Shown one piece after another: positions 14,871-21,991 of a DNA stretch of 32,000 nucleotides. How positions within the stretch are numbered: position 1 is the stretch's first letter; each line of letters begins with the position of its first letter. The stretch is from contig OZ220062.1 in NCBI GenBank assembly GCA_964291475.2, positions 29,358 through 61,357 of the forward strand. Direction: 5' to 3'. This DNA comes from Dehalococcoidia bacterium (GTDB taxonomy: Bacteria > Chloroflexota > Dehalococcoidia > SHYB01). The notes beneath the pieces are model-generated. The model searched no databases. It worked only from the letters and a program-made list of their open reading frames with translations, and was not told the DNA's origin. The position numbers and the translations under genes were made by a program.

Positions 14871-15701
14871 CTACGCCTTGGCGATGCCGCTGCTGGACTT
14901 CATGGAGTCCACCGTCATGCCCATGATGGCGCTGCCGGTGGTGAGCTCGGAGTGGGCGTGGGCGAGCTGGTGCATGTCGAAGACGGCTTGCATGGCGGTG
15001 CGCTGGCCCTGGTGGTCGAGGGTGCGGTTGACCGACTGCTTGGCCATGGCGAGGGCGAAGGCGGGCATCTGCGCGATCTGACGGGCGAGGGTCATGGTCT
15101 CCTCGACGAGGTCGTCGAGGGGGACGACGCGGTTGACCATGCCGAGGCGGTGGGCTTCTTCGGCGCCGAGGAAGAGGCCGGTGAAGAGCATCTCCTTGGC
15201 CTTGCGGTGGCCGACCTCCCAGGGGTGGGCGTGGTACTCGACGCCGCCCACGCCCATGCTGACGACGGGGTCGCTGAACTGGGCGTTGTCGGCGGCGATG
15301 ATGAGGTCGCAGGGCCAGCAGAGCATGAGGCCGCCGGCGATGGTCTTGCCGTGGACGGCGGCGATGGTGGGCTTGGGAATGTCGCGCCAGCGCTGGCTGA
15401 GGCCGAGGTAGAACTCGGACTCCCACCAGTAGCGGTCGGCGGCGCCCTCCCAGTCCTGGGCGTTGTTGGCGCGCCAGCGCTTCGCTTCCTCGCTGCCGAT
15501 GTCGTGGCCGGAGGAGAAGTGCGGCCCGTTGGCCTTGAGGACGATGACCTTGACCTCTTTGTCCTGCTCGCCCATGCGCCAGGCTTGGTCGAGCTCTTCG
15601 AGGAAGCCCTGGTGCTGGGCGTTGCGGGTCTCGGGCCGGTTGAGGGTGATGACGCCGACGTTGTCGTCCTTTTCGTAGATGATCCAGTTGAGGTCCGTCA
15701 T
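14871..15701 (-). CDS. enoyl-CoA hydratase/isomerase (crotonase) family protein
   Basis: MTDLNWIIYEKDDNVGVITLNRPETRNA, VIVLKANGPHFSSGHD, AAVHGKTIAGG. Start moved to ATG 15701 (AAAGGAG RBS). The track start lies in the promoter region. Confidence 0.85.
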   Translation of the reverse strand: MTDLNWIIYEKDDNVGVITLNRPETRNAQHQGFLEELDQAWRMGEQDKEVKVIVLKANGPHFSSGHDIGSEEAKRWRANNAQDWEGAADRYWWESEFYLGLSQRWRDIPKPTIAAVHGKTIAGGLMLCWPCDLIIAADNAQFSDPVVSMGVGGVEYHAHPWEVGHRKAKEMLFTGLFLGAEEAHRLGMVNRVVPLDDLVEETMTLARQIAQMPAFALAMAKQSVNRTLDHQGQRTAMQAVFDMHQLAHAHSELTTGSAIMGMTVDSMKSSSGIAKA

Positions 15702-15761
15702 CTGGCTCCTTTCGGGTGTTCCGGGCCGCCGGAAGGGGGCGGGAGGCCGGAGGTGCACGGA

Positions 15762-15770
15762 AGTATAGCA
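15762..15770 (-). promoter_or_regulatory. candidate extended -10 promoter TGCTATACT (crotonase gene)
   Basis: Reverse complement of 'agtatagca'. It lies 61 nt upstream of the ATG at 15701 and back-to-back with the plus-strand promoter 11 nt away. Confidence 0.4.
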
Positions 15771-15780
15771 CCGGGGCGCG

Positions 15781-15789
15781 TGCTAGAAT
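15781..15789 (+). promoter_or_regulatory. candidate extended -10 promoter TGCTAGAAT (BKACE-SDR operon)
   Basis: TGnTAGAAT lies 22 nt upstream of the ATG at 15812, with a GGAGG RBS in between. Confidence 0.45.
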
Positions 15790-15811
15790 CGCGGCCTTCA
15801 GGAGGGGCGCG

Positions 15812-16693
15812 ATGCAGAAGATGATGATCGAGGCGGCGATCAACGAGCTGGCGTCGAAGCGGCACAACCCCAACGTGCCCTACGGGCCGGAGGAGATTGC
15901 CGAGGACGCTCTGAAGTGCATCGAGGCGGGGGCGACGATCGTCCACTTCCACGCCCGCCACCCGGAGACCGGGGCGCAGCTGTGGACCGATGCCCAGGTC
16001 TACGGCGAGGCGATGGCGATGATCCGCCGGGAGCGGCCCGACGCGCTGCTGTACCCGTCGTACCCCGGCGCGCGGCCGAAGGAGGAGCGCTTCGCACACA
16101 TCGGGGCGCTGGCCAACGACCCCGCGGCGAAGCTCGACCTGGCGACGTTCGACGTCGGGGCGACGAACAACTCGGGCATCGACCCCGACACCGGGGCATT
16201 CCGTCCCGCCGGGACCTACGTCAACAGCCACGACGACCTGATCTACTTCATGGAGCAGTCGCGGGAGCTTGGGATCGCGTTCAGCCTCGGGGTGCGGGAC
16301 GTGGGGCACATGCGGCACGTCAACGAGTACCTGCGGATGGGGTTGGCCTCGGAGCCGTTGGTGCTGAAGATCTTTATGTCTACCGGCAACGCCCAGGGGC
16401 CCTATCCCAACGTCAAAGGGCTTTCGATGTACCTGGACATGATCCCGCCGGGGGTGGAGTCGCACTGGTTCATCACGATGTTCCGGTCGCCGGAGGAGGC
16501 GGGCCGGATGTACATGCTGGCCGCGGCGATGGGCGGCCACATCCGGATCGGGCTCGGCGACACGCCGGTGATCGATGGGCGGCAGCCCACGAACGCCGAG
16601 CTGGTGAAGGAGGCCGTCGACCTGGCCCACAAGGCGGGGCGCGAGGTGGCGACACTCGCCGAGGGGCGCGCGATGATGGGGATGACGGCCTGA
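15812..16693 (+). CDS. BKACE family enzyme (3-keto-5-aminohexanoate cleavage enzyme-like, DUF849)
   Basis: MIEAAINE, PYGPEEIAEDALKCIEAGATIVHFHAR, MGGHIRIGLGDT. These are the Zn/substrate motifs of the beta-keto acid cleavage enzyme family. Start at ATG 15812. Confidence 0.85.
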   Translation: MQKMMIEAAINELASKRHNPNVPYGPEEIAEDALKCIEAGATIVHFHARHPETGAQLWTDAQVYGEAMAMIRRERPDALLYPSYPGARPKEERFAHIGALANDPAAKLDLATFDVGATNNSGIDPDTGAFRPAGTYVNSHDDLIYFMEQSRELGIAFSLGVRDVGHMRHVNEYLRMGLASEPLVLKIFMSTGNAQGPYPNVKGLSMYLDMIPPGVESHWFITMFRSPEEAGRMYMLAAAMGGHIRIGLGDTPVIDGRQPTNAELVKEAVDLAHKAGREVATLAEGRAMMGMTA

Positions 16694-16696
16694 CCC

Positions 16697-17494
16697 ATGC
16701 ACATCCGCTTCGACGGCAAGACGGTGATCGTCACCGGCGCGGGCAAGGGCATCGGGAAGCGGGCCGCGCTAAGCTTCGCGGAGCTCGGCGCGTCGGTCGC
16801 GATCTGCTCGCGGACGCAGTCCGAGATCGACGCCGCGGCGAGCGAGATCGAGGGCGCCGGCGGGAAGGCGCTGGCGGTGGTCACCGACGTCGCGGACGAG
16901 GAACAGGTCAAGGCGTTCGTCGAGCGCACCGCGGAGACGTTCGGCGGCGTCGACGTCTTGATCAACAACGCGGCGGTCCTCGGAGCCCCTGGGGGCTATG
17001 CGGTCGATCTCGTCGACATGCCGTTCGAGGAGTTCGACCTCGTCTACGGCATCAACCTGCGCGGCCCCGCGCTCTTCGCCAAGTACGTCCTGCCTCACAT
17101 GATCCGCCGGAAGAAGGGCGCGATCATCAACGTGTCGTCGGACGTCATCCGCAGGGGGATGCGGGGCCGGTCGCACTACACCGCGGCGAAGATGGGCGTC
17201 ATTGGGCTTACCTACTCCCTTGCGTGGGAGGGCGCCGAGCATGGGATACGAACGAACTGCATCGTTCCCGGGTCCGTGGCCACCGAGATGCTGGACGGCG
17301 TCCAGCAACGGTTGGCGAGGGAAGAGGGTGTGACCATCGAGGAAGTGCGGGCCCGCTTCGCCGCCGTCTCGCCGGAGAAGCGCGTCGTCAGCACGGATGA
17401 GGTGGCCGACCTGATGATCTACCTGGCGTCGGATGCGTCGAGCGGCGTCAACGGGCAGAGCCTCTTTATCAACGCCGCCTCGTACATGCAGTAG
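16697..17494 (+). CDS. SDR family oxidoreductase
   Basis: TVIVTGAGKGIGKRAA (TGxxxGxG), NNAA, catalytic YTAAK, PGSVATEM. Starts 3 nt after the BKACE stop. Confidence 0.85.
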   Translation: MHIRFDGKTVIVTGAGKGIGKRAALSFAELGASVAICSRTQSEIDAAASEIEGAGGKALAVVTDVADEEQVKAFVERTAETFGGVDVLINNAAVLGAPGGYAVDLVDMPFEEFDLVYGINLRGPALFAKYVLPHMIRRKKGAIINVSSDVIRRGMRGRSHYTAAKMGVIGLTYSLAWEGAEHGIRTNCIVPGSVATEMLDGVQQRLAREEGVTIEEVRARFAAVSPEKRVVSTDEVADLMIYLASDASSGVNGQSLFINAASYMQ

Positions 17495-17511
17495 GCGCGG
17501 GGCGCCTCCCG

Positions 17512-17543
17512 CCTCTTCTCCCCCGGGAGACCTTTGCGCAACC
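17512..17543 (+). repeat. D-family element
   Basis: cctcttctcccccgggagacctttgcgcaacc. The reverse complement of 19569..19600 matches it, with differences only in the hairpin loop. Confidence 0.65.
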
Positions 17544-17564
17544 CGCGACGCCGCAGGGGGTCAT

Positions 17565-17593
17565 CCCTGTAGGGGCAACCCTTGTGGTTGCCC
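17565..17593 (-). repeat. C-family (REP-like) element, inverted copy: GTAG + hairpin
   Basis: ccctGTAGGGGCAACCcttgtGGTTGCCC. The stem carries an A/T pair where the copy at 3983 has G/C (a compensatory change). Confidence 0.7.
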
Positions 17594-17625
17594 TGGGGAT
17601 GTAGTGGGTTCCCCTCTTCTCGCCC

Positions 17626-17669
17626 CTCCCCTGTAGGGGCGCTTCGCGAAGCGCCCGTTCCCATTCCCC
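17626..17669 (-). repeat. C-family (REP-like) element, inverted copy: GTAG + 20-nt perfect palindrome
   Basis: cccctGTAGGGGCGCTTCGCGAAGCGCCCgttcccattcccc. This is the reverse complement of the 3904 copy, except for paired stem substitutions (GCGCTTC/GAAGCGC vs GCGATTC/GAATCGC). Confidence 0.75.
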
Positions 17670-17698
17670 CAGCCGGGCCTCACGGAAGCGCCCACCCC

Positions 17699-18277
17699 CT
17701 ACAGGCCGGAGAAGCGGGCGGGGTCGATTATGTCCATGACGCGGCGGGAGTGTTCGACTTCCTTGGCGATCTTTTCGTTCCACTCGTCGGTCCAGGACTG
17801 GGGGATGACGTCGCGCCAGTGGGGGCCGTCGAGGGGCTCGCCTTCGGAGCGCATGCCGCCGTCGACGACGTCGGCGAGGAAGACGGTCATGTCGCCGCCG
17901 TCCATGGCGTTGATGACGCGGCAGTCGAGGAAGCCGAGGCAGTCGTCGAGGACGGGGCTGCCGGTGACGCCCTTGGAGTAGGCGAGGCCGGCCATCTTGT
18001 CGCCTTCGTGGCCGCTGGCGAAGCCGAGGTCGTGGACGAGGTCGAGCTGGTCGCGGCGGGTGAAGCAGAGGGCGAATGCGCCGCTCTCGACGGCGAGGTC
18101 GTGGGTGAGGTTGGTCTTGTAGAGCTGGACGACGACGCGGGGGCGGTCGGCGACGATGGACGCGCCGCCGATGGAGACGGCGGCCTGGGCGTTGTCGCGG
18201 CCCTCCGACGAGGCGGTGACGATGGCGATGGGGGCCCAGAGGCGCCGCATCATGGGAGCGATCTTGTCGTAGTCCAT
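17699..18277 (-). CDS. flavin reductase-like (FMN-binding split-barrel) protein
   Basis: The layout PIAIVTASSEGRDNAQAAVSIGGASIVADRPRVVV..THDLAVESGAFALCF fits the Flavin_Reduct domain. GGAAGAGG RBS. Confidence 0.7.
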   Translation of the reverse strand: MDYDKIAPMMRRLWAPIAIVTASSEGRDNAQAAVSIGGASIVADRPRVVVQLYKTNLTHDLAVESGAFALCFTRRDQLDLVHDLGFASGHEGDKMAGLAYSKGVTGSPVLDDCLGFLDCRVINAMDGGDMTVFLADVVDGGMRSEGEPLDGPHWRDVIPQSWTDEWNEKIAKEVEHSRRVMDIIDPARFSGL

Positions 18278-18347
18278 GGCCTCTTCCGCGGTCTCCGGGC
18301 GGCGCGTCGTGCTTCAGGCGACGGGCCGTCCGGGGGTGTAGGCGCTG

Positions 18348-18353
18348 TATAAT
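18348..18353 (+). promoter_or_regulatory. -10 TATAAT only 9 nt upstream of the dapF ATG (near-leaderless)
   Basis: ctgTATAATacccccgctATG. No Shine-Dalgarno between the hexamer and the ATG. Confidence 0.4.
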
Positions 18354-18362
18354 ACCCCCGCT

Positions 18363-19196
18363 ATGCGATTCACCAAGTATCACGGGGCAGGGAACGATTT
18401 TCTCGTCGTCGAAGCCGACGGCGGCGCGGCCGATTGGCCGGCGCTGGCGGTGGCGATGTGCGAGCGGCACACCGGCGTGGGCGCCGACGGGCTGCTGGTG
18501 GTCGAGGCCTCCGAGAAGGCGGCGCACCGGATGGTGCTGTTCAACGCCGACGGCTCGGAGGCGGAGACGTCGGGGAACGGCATCCGCTGCTTCGCGAAGC
18601 ACGTGATCGAGGAGCTTGGCGCGCCGAGCGACCCCCTCATCATCGAGACGCTGGCGGGCATCCACGAGATCACGCCACGCTTCGAGGACGGGAAGGTCGT
18701 CGCCGCCCGCATCGGCATGGGCGCGCCGCGCTTCGACCCGGAGCAGATTCCGGTGGCGCTGCGCGGCGTCGACCGGGTGATCGACCACCCCCTCGAGGTC
18801 GGCGAGGCGAGCCTGACCATCACGAGCCTGTCGATGGGCAACCCCCACGCCGTCGCGTTCATCGACGAGCCGGTGGAGGCGTGGCCGCTGGAGCGGGTCG
18901 GCCCGCTGGTGGAGCGCGACCCGTTCTTCCCCCGCCGGGTGAACTTCGAGATCGTCAACGTCGAGAGCCCGGACCGCGTGAAGGCGCGGGTCTGGGAGCG
19001 CGGCGCGAGCGAGACGCTGGCCTGCGGCAGCGGGGCGTCGGCGATCGCCGTCGCGGCCCGGCTGAAGGGGCTGGCGGGCGAGTCGCTCGTGGTGAGCCTG
19101 CCCGGCGGCGATCTGAAGATCGACTGGGACGGCGAGGGCGAGGTCTGGCTGGAAGGGCCCGTCGCGCGCGTTTTCGCCGGCGACTGGCCGCTGTAG
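18363..19196 (+). CDS. dapF: diaminopimelate epimerase
   Basis: MRFTKYHGAGNDFLVV, SGNGIRCFAKH (catalytic Cys 1), MGNPHAV, ETLACGSGASA (catalytic Cys 2). Confidence 0.9.
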   Translation: MRFTKYHGAGNDFLVVEADGGAADWPALAVAMCERHTGVGADGLLVVEASEKAAHRMVLFNADGSEAETSGNGIRCFAKHVIEELGAPSDPLIIETLAGIHEITPRFEDGKVVAARIGMGAPRFDPEQIPVALRGVDRVIDHPLEVGEASLTITSLSMGNPHAVAFIDEPVEAWPLERVGPLVERDPFFPRRVNFEIVNVESPDRVKARVWERGASETLACGSGASAIAVAARLKGLAGESLVVSLPGGDLKIDWDGEGEVWLEGPVARVFAGDWPL

Positions 19197-19275
19197 GCGG
19201 CGGGCGCCCCGCCCCGGCCCGCCCCTCCGACGCGCGAGCGCCACCCCTACGGCGGCCGGCTGTGACACGCCCCCT

Positions 19276-19304
19276 TTGACGACCCGCGGCGGCCCTGCTA
19301 GTCT
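19276..19304 (+). promoter_or_regulatory. orphan promoter: TTGACG-14 nt-TGCTAGTCT (extended -10)
   Basis: -35 TTGACG (19276..19281), 17-nt spacer, -10 TAGTCT (19299..19304) preceded by TGc. It lies between two convergent gene ends and has no CDS downstream. Confidence 0.4.
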
Positions 19305-19313
19305 AACGATAAC

Positions 19314-19325
19314 GAACGTACGTTC
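19314..19325. promoter_or_regulatory. perfect palindrome GAACGTACGTTC (Cheo/LexA-box-like GAAC-N4-GTTC)
   Basis: cGAACgtacGTTCt matches 13 of 14 positions of the CGAACRNRYGTTYC consensus. It begins 10 nt downstream of the -10 at 19299..19304. Confidence 0.35.
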
Positions 19326-19568
19326 TTGGCTCTGGCCCGTGGCCGCGGTGAATGGCGGCCGGCCCGCCCTTAGAGGGGGCGGACGCACTGCCTCTAACAG
19401 TGTAACGGGCGAAGCCGGAGGGAACGCCGGTCGTGGCCCGTAAGGGCCATGCGCCGGCGTTCCCGGAAGCGCTGGGCCGATTGCGGGAGAGACAGGGCCA
19501 TTGCCCCTTGCCGGCAAAGGGAGACAGGGCCATTGCCTCCCGCGGAGTTGCGGAGACGGAACGGGTCC

Positions 19569-19600
19569 GGTTGCGCAAAGGTCTCCGTGCGGAGAAGAGG
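19569..19600 (-). repeat. D-family element, inverted copy
   Basis: ggttgcgcaaaggtctccgtgcggagaagagg, the reverse complement of the 17512 element. Its 3' part (GGAGAAGAGGTAAGAC) also matches the tail of the A family. Confidence 0.65.
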
Positions 19601-19611
19601 TAAGACTGTTC

Positions 19612-20721
19612 CTACGGGACGAGGACGGCGCGGGTGATGGCGGGGCGGCGGGCGTCCCATTCGGCTTGCTCGAAGGCCTGGTTGATTTCGTCGAGCTTGA
19701 AGCGGTGGGAGACCATCTTCTTGAACGGGACCTTGTCCTGGCTGCGCGAGAGGAAGTCGAGGATCTTGGGGATGACGTCGGGGGTGTAGGCGACGGAGCC
19801 GACGATGTGCTTCCCGGTGAGGACGAGCGTCGAGGCGTCGAAGGTGACGGTGTGGCCGGGGAAGTAGAGGCCGATCTCGACGAAGGTCCCGCCCTTGCGC
19901 AGCATGGCGACGCCCTCGGGGAGCAGCTCGGGGCGGCCGACGAGCTCGATCACGGCGTCGGCGCCGAGCCCGCCGGTGAGGTCCTTGACCCGCTGGACGC
20001 GCGTCTCGGGGGTGTTGAACTCCTCGATGTTGATGGTGTGGTCGGCGCCGAACTCCTCGGCGAGCTGCAGTCGGTTCTCGAGGCGGTCGAGGACGATGAC
20101 GTTGTAGGCGCCCATGTCCTTGGCCATGGCGATGGCGGTGAGTCCGAGCCCGCCGGCGCCCTGGATGACCACCGACGAGCCGTGGCCGACCCTGCCCTGG
20201 ATGAGGCCCTGGGTCGCGGTGCCCATGGCGCAGTTGATGGGGCCGAGGACTTCGTCGTCGATTTCGTCGGGGACGCGGTAGAGGGAGCGCTGGGGGTGGA
20301 CGTAGTAGTAGTCGGCGTAGGTGCCGACGAAGTAGGGCCAGTCGCCGACGCCGGGCGGCGCGCCGCGCTGTCCGATGCAGAGGTTGGCCTCGCCGTGGAG
20401 GCACATGCGGCAGCTTCCGCAGTGGGTGCCCATGGTGTGGACGACGCGGTCGCCCTCCTTGAGGGGGACGCCGGCGGAGTCGGTGGTGACGCCCTTGCCG
20501 AGCTTGTAGACGACGCCGGCGCCCTCGTGGCCCATGACGCGGCCCGCGGGCGGGAGGGGCCAGCCGGTGGTGTCGCCGCGCCAGGTATGGAGGTCGGTGC
20601 CGCAGATGCCGGCCTGGGTGATCTTGAGGAGGACGTCGCCGGGCTCGGGGTCGGGGACGTCGTACTCGACGATCTCGAACGGCTTGCGGTACTCCCTGAG
20701 CACGACGACTCGGCCCTTCAT
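19612..20721 (-). CDS. zinc-dependent alcohol dehydrogenase family (MDR) oxidoreductase
   Basis: GICGTDLH, GHEGAGVV, structural-Zn cluster CGSCRMCLHGEANLC, NAD fold VVIQGAGGLG. Confidence 0.85.
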   Translation of the reverse strand: MKGRVVVLREYRKPFEIVEYDVPDPEPGDVLLKITQAGICGTDLHTWRGDTTGWPLPPAGRVMGHEGAGVVYKLGKGVTTDSAGVPLKEGDRVVHTMGTHCGSCRMCLHGEANLCIGQRGAPPGVGDWPYFVGTYADYYYVHPQRSLYRVPDEIDDEVLGPINCAMGTATQGLIQGRVGHGSSVVIQGAGGLGLTAIAMAKDMGAYNVIVLDRLENRLQLAEEFGADHTINIEEFNTPETRVQRVKDLTGGLGADAVIELVGRPELLPEGVAMLRKGGTFVEIGLYFPGHTVTFDASTLVLTGKHIVGSVAYTPDVIPKILDFLSRSQDKVPFKKMVSHRFKLDEINQAFEQAEWDARRPAITRAVLVP

Positions 20722-20750
20722 GCCAACCTCCCGGCGCTGCGCCGCCCGGC

Positions 20751-20756
20751 ATTCTA
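20751..20756 (-). promoter_or_regulatory. candidate -10 TAGAAT for the ADH gene
   Basis: cggaTAGAATgcc on the minus strand, 30 nt upstream of the ATG at 20721, with a GGGAGG RBS between. Confidence 0.35.
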
Positions 20757-20823
20757 TCCGAAGCGGGCGGACGTAGGGTAGAGAGGCGGGCCGGGGGCGA
20801 AGCTAGTCCCTACAACCGTAGTT

Positions 20824-20832
20824 TGGTAGACT
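20824..20832 (+). promoter_or_regulatory. candidate extended -10 promoter TGGTAGACT
   Basis: Identical 9-mer to the vapB promoter candidate. It lies 51 nt upstream of the ATG at 20883. Confidence 0.4.
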
Positions 20833-20882
20833 CCGCACCATCCACCGGTGAGGAGAGGGCGTTGGTACAGTCACTTGAAGGA

Positions 20883-21962
20883 ATGGACCTGATTGACCGT
20901 GTACGCGAAGTTTCAGGCCGGGCGCAAAAGCGGCTCGATAAGATCGAGACCGAAGAGGCGACCAAGAACGCCTTGGTCATGCCGTTCATCAACCACGTCC
21001 TCGGCTACAACGTCTTCGACCCGGCCGAGGTCGTACCCGAGTTCACGGCCGATGTCGGCACCAAGAAGGGCGAAAAGGTCGACTACGCGATCTTGCATGA
21101 CGACGCGCCTGTCATTCTCTTCGAGTGCAAAAGGTATGGCGCGGAGTTGGACAAGGACCATGCCTCGCAGTTGTACCGGTACTTCAGCGTGACCCAGGCG
21201 CGGTTCGGCGTCCTCACCGACGGTATGATCTATCGGTTCTTCTCGGACCTTGAAGAGCCGAACAAGATGGATGGCCGGCCGTTCTTTGAGTTCAACTTGC
21301 TGGACTTCCACGACGCCGAGGTGGAAGAGCTCCGGAGGTTTACGAAGACTTCCTTCGACCTTGATCAGATCCTAAGCACCGCAAAAGACCTAAAGTACAC
21401 TCGTGAGATAAAGCGACTGCTGGCACGAGAGTGGGCAGAGCCATCTGAGGAATTTGCTCGCTACTTCGCGGGTCAGACCTATGACGGTCGTCAAACCAGA
21501 GCGGTGGTCGACCAGTTTGTCCGCGTTACGAAGAAGGCATTCCATCAATTCCTGGCTGACCGGGTCAATGATCGCCTAAAGTCTGCCTTGCAAGGTGATG
21601 CGGAGGAGGAAGACGTGCCCGAGCAGACGGTGCCCGAGCCCGTCGCAGAGGACACGGGCGCCCCAGGCATCGTAACCACCGAGGATGAACTGCAGGGCTA
21701 CTTCGTAGTCAAGGCCATCGTCAGCCAAGACACGTCCGCCGCCCGGGTCGCTATCCGTGACACGAAGTCATACTGCGGCGTACTACTCGACGACAACAAC
21801 CGAAAGCCAATCTGTAGACTGTTCTTCGATAGCGACCAGAAATACCTGGGACTCGTGAATCCGGACAAATCCATAAGGCGCGTACCTATCGAGTCCATCG
21901 ACAGCATCTACGAGCACGCGGACGAACTGCGGGAAACTGCTCGCCGGTACGATTCGCCGTAG
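20883..21962 (+). CDS. stand-alone type I restriction enzyme HsdR N-terminal-domain (PD-(D/E)xK nuclease-like) protein
   Basis: TEEATKNALVMPFINHVLGYNVFDPAEVVPEFTADVGTKKGEKVDYAIL...VILFECKRYG...QLYRYF...FGVLTDGMIYRFF is the HSDR_N_2-type nuclease core (D..E-C-K). The C-terminal part (YCGVLLDDNNRKPICRLFF) is typical of this roughly 360-aa family as I remember it. Start at ATG 20883. Lower G+C than the flanks. Confidence 0.7.
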   Translation: MDLIDRVREVSGRAQKRLDKIETEEATKNALVMPFINHVLGYNVFDPAEVVPEFTADVGTKKGEKVDYAILHDDAPVILFECKRYGAELDKDHASQLYRYFSVTQARFGVLTDGMIYRFFSDLEEPNKMDGRPFFEFNLLDFHDAEVEELRRFTKTSFDLDQILSTAKDLKYTREIKRLLAREWAEPSEEFARYFAGQTYDGRQTRAVVDQFVRVTKKAFHQFLADRVNDRLKSALQGDAEEEDVPEQTVPEPVAEDTGAPGIVTTEDELQGYFVVKAIVSQDTSAARVAIRDTKSYCGVLLDDNNRKPICRLFFDSDQKYLGLVNPDKSIRRVPIESIDSIYEHADELRETARRYDSP

Positions 21963-21991
21963 AGGTTTGCCGCGGTAGCGTGGGCCGAGGG

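Noticed and set aside
19335-19432. Cobalamin-riboswitch-like strings (GGTGAATGG, CCCGCC, CACTG, AAGCCGGAGGGAACGCC)
   Set aside because: The resemblance to the B12 box and core is only partial, with many mismatches when aligned by eye. No downstream gene exists for it to regulate, since both flanking genes end here.
17469-19517. 682-aa '-' ORF spanning the flavin reductase and dapF region
   Set aside because: Arg/Pro-rich, it overlaps two well-supported genes (one on each strand) and repeat DNA. It has no motifs.
19449-19637. 62-aa '+' ORF (MRRRSRKRWADCGRDR...) downstream of the orphan promoter
   Set aside because: It is extremely Arg-rich, is built from repeat sequence, overlaps the ADH 3' end and has no RBS. 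I keep it only as a remote possibility under the orphan-promoter finding.
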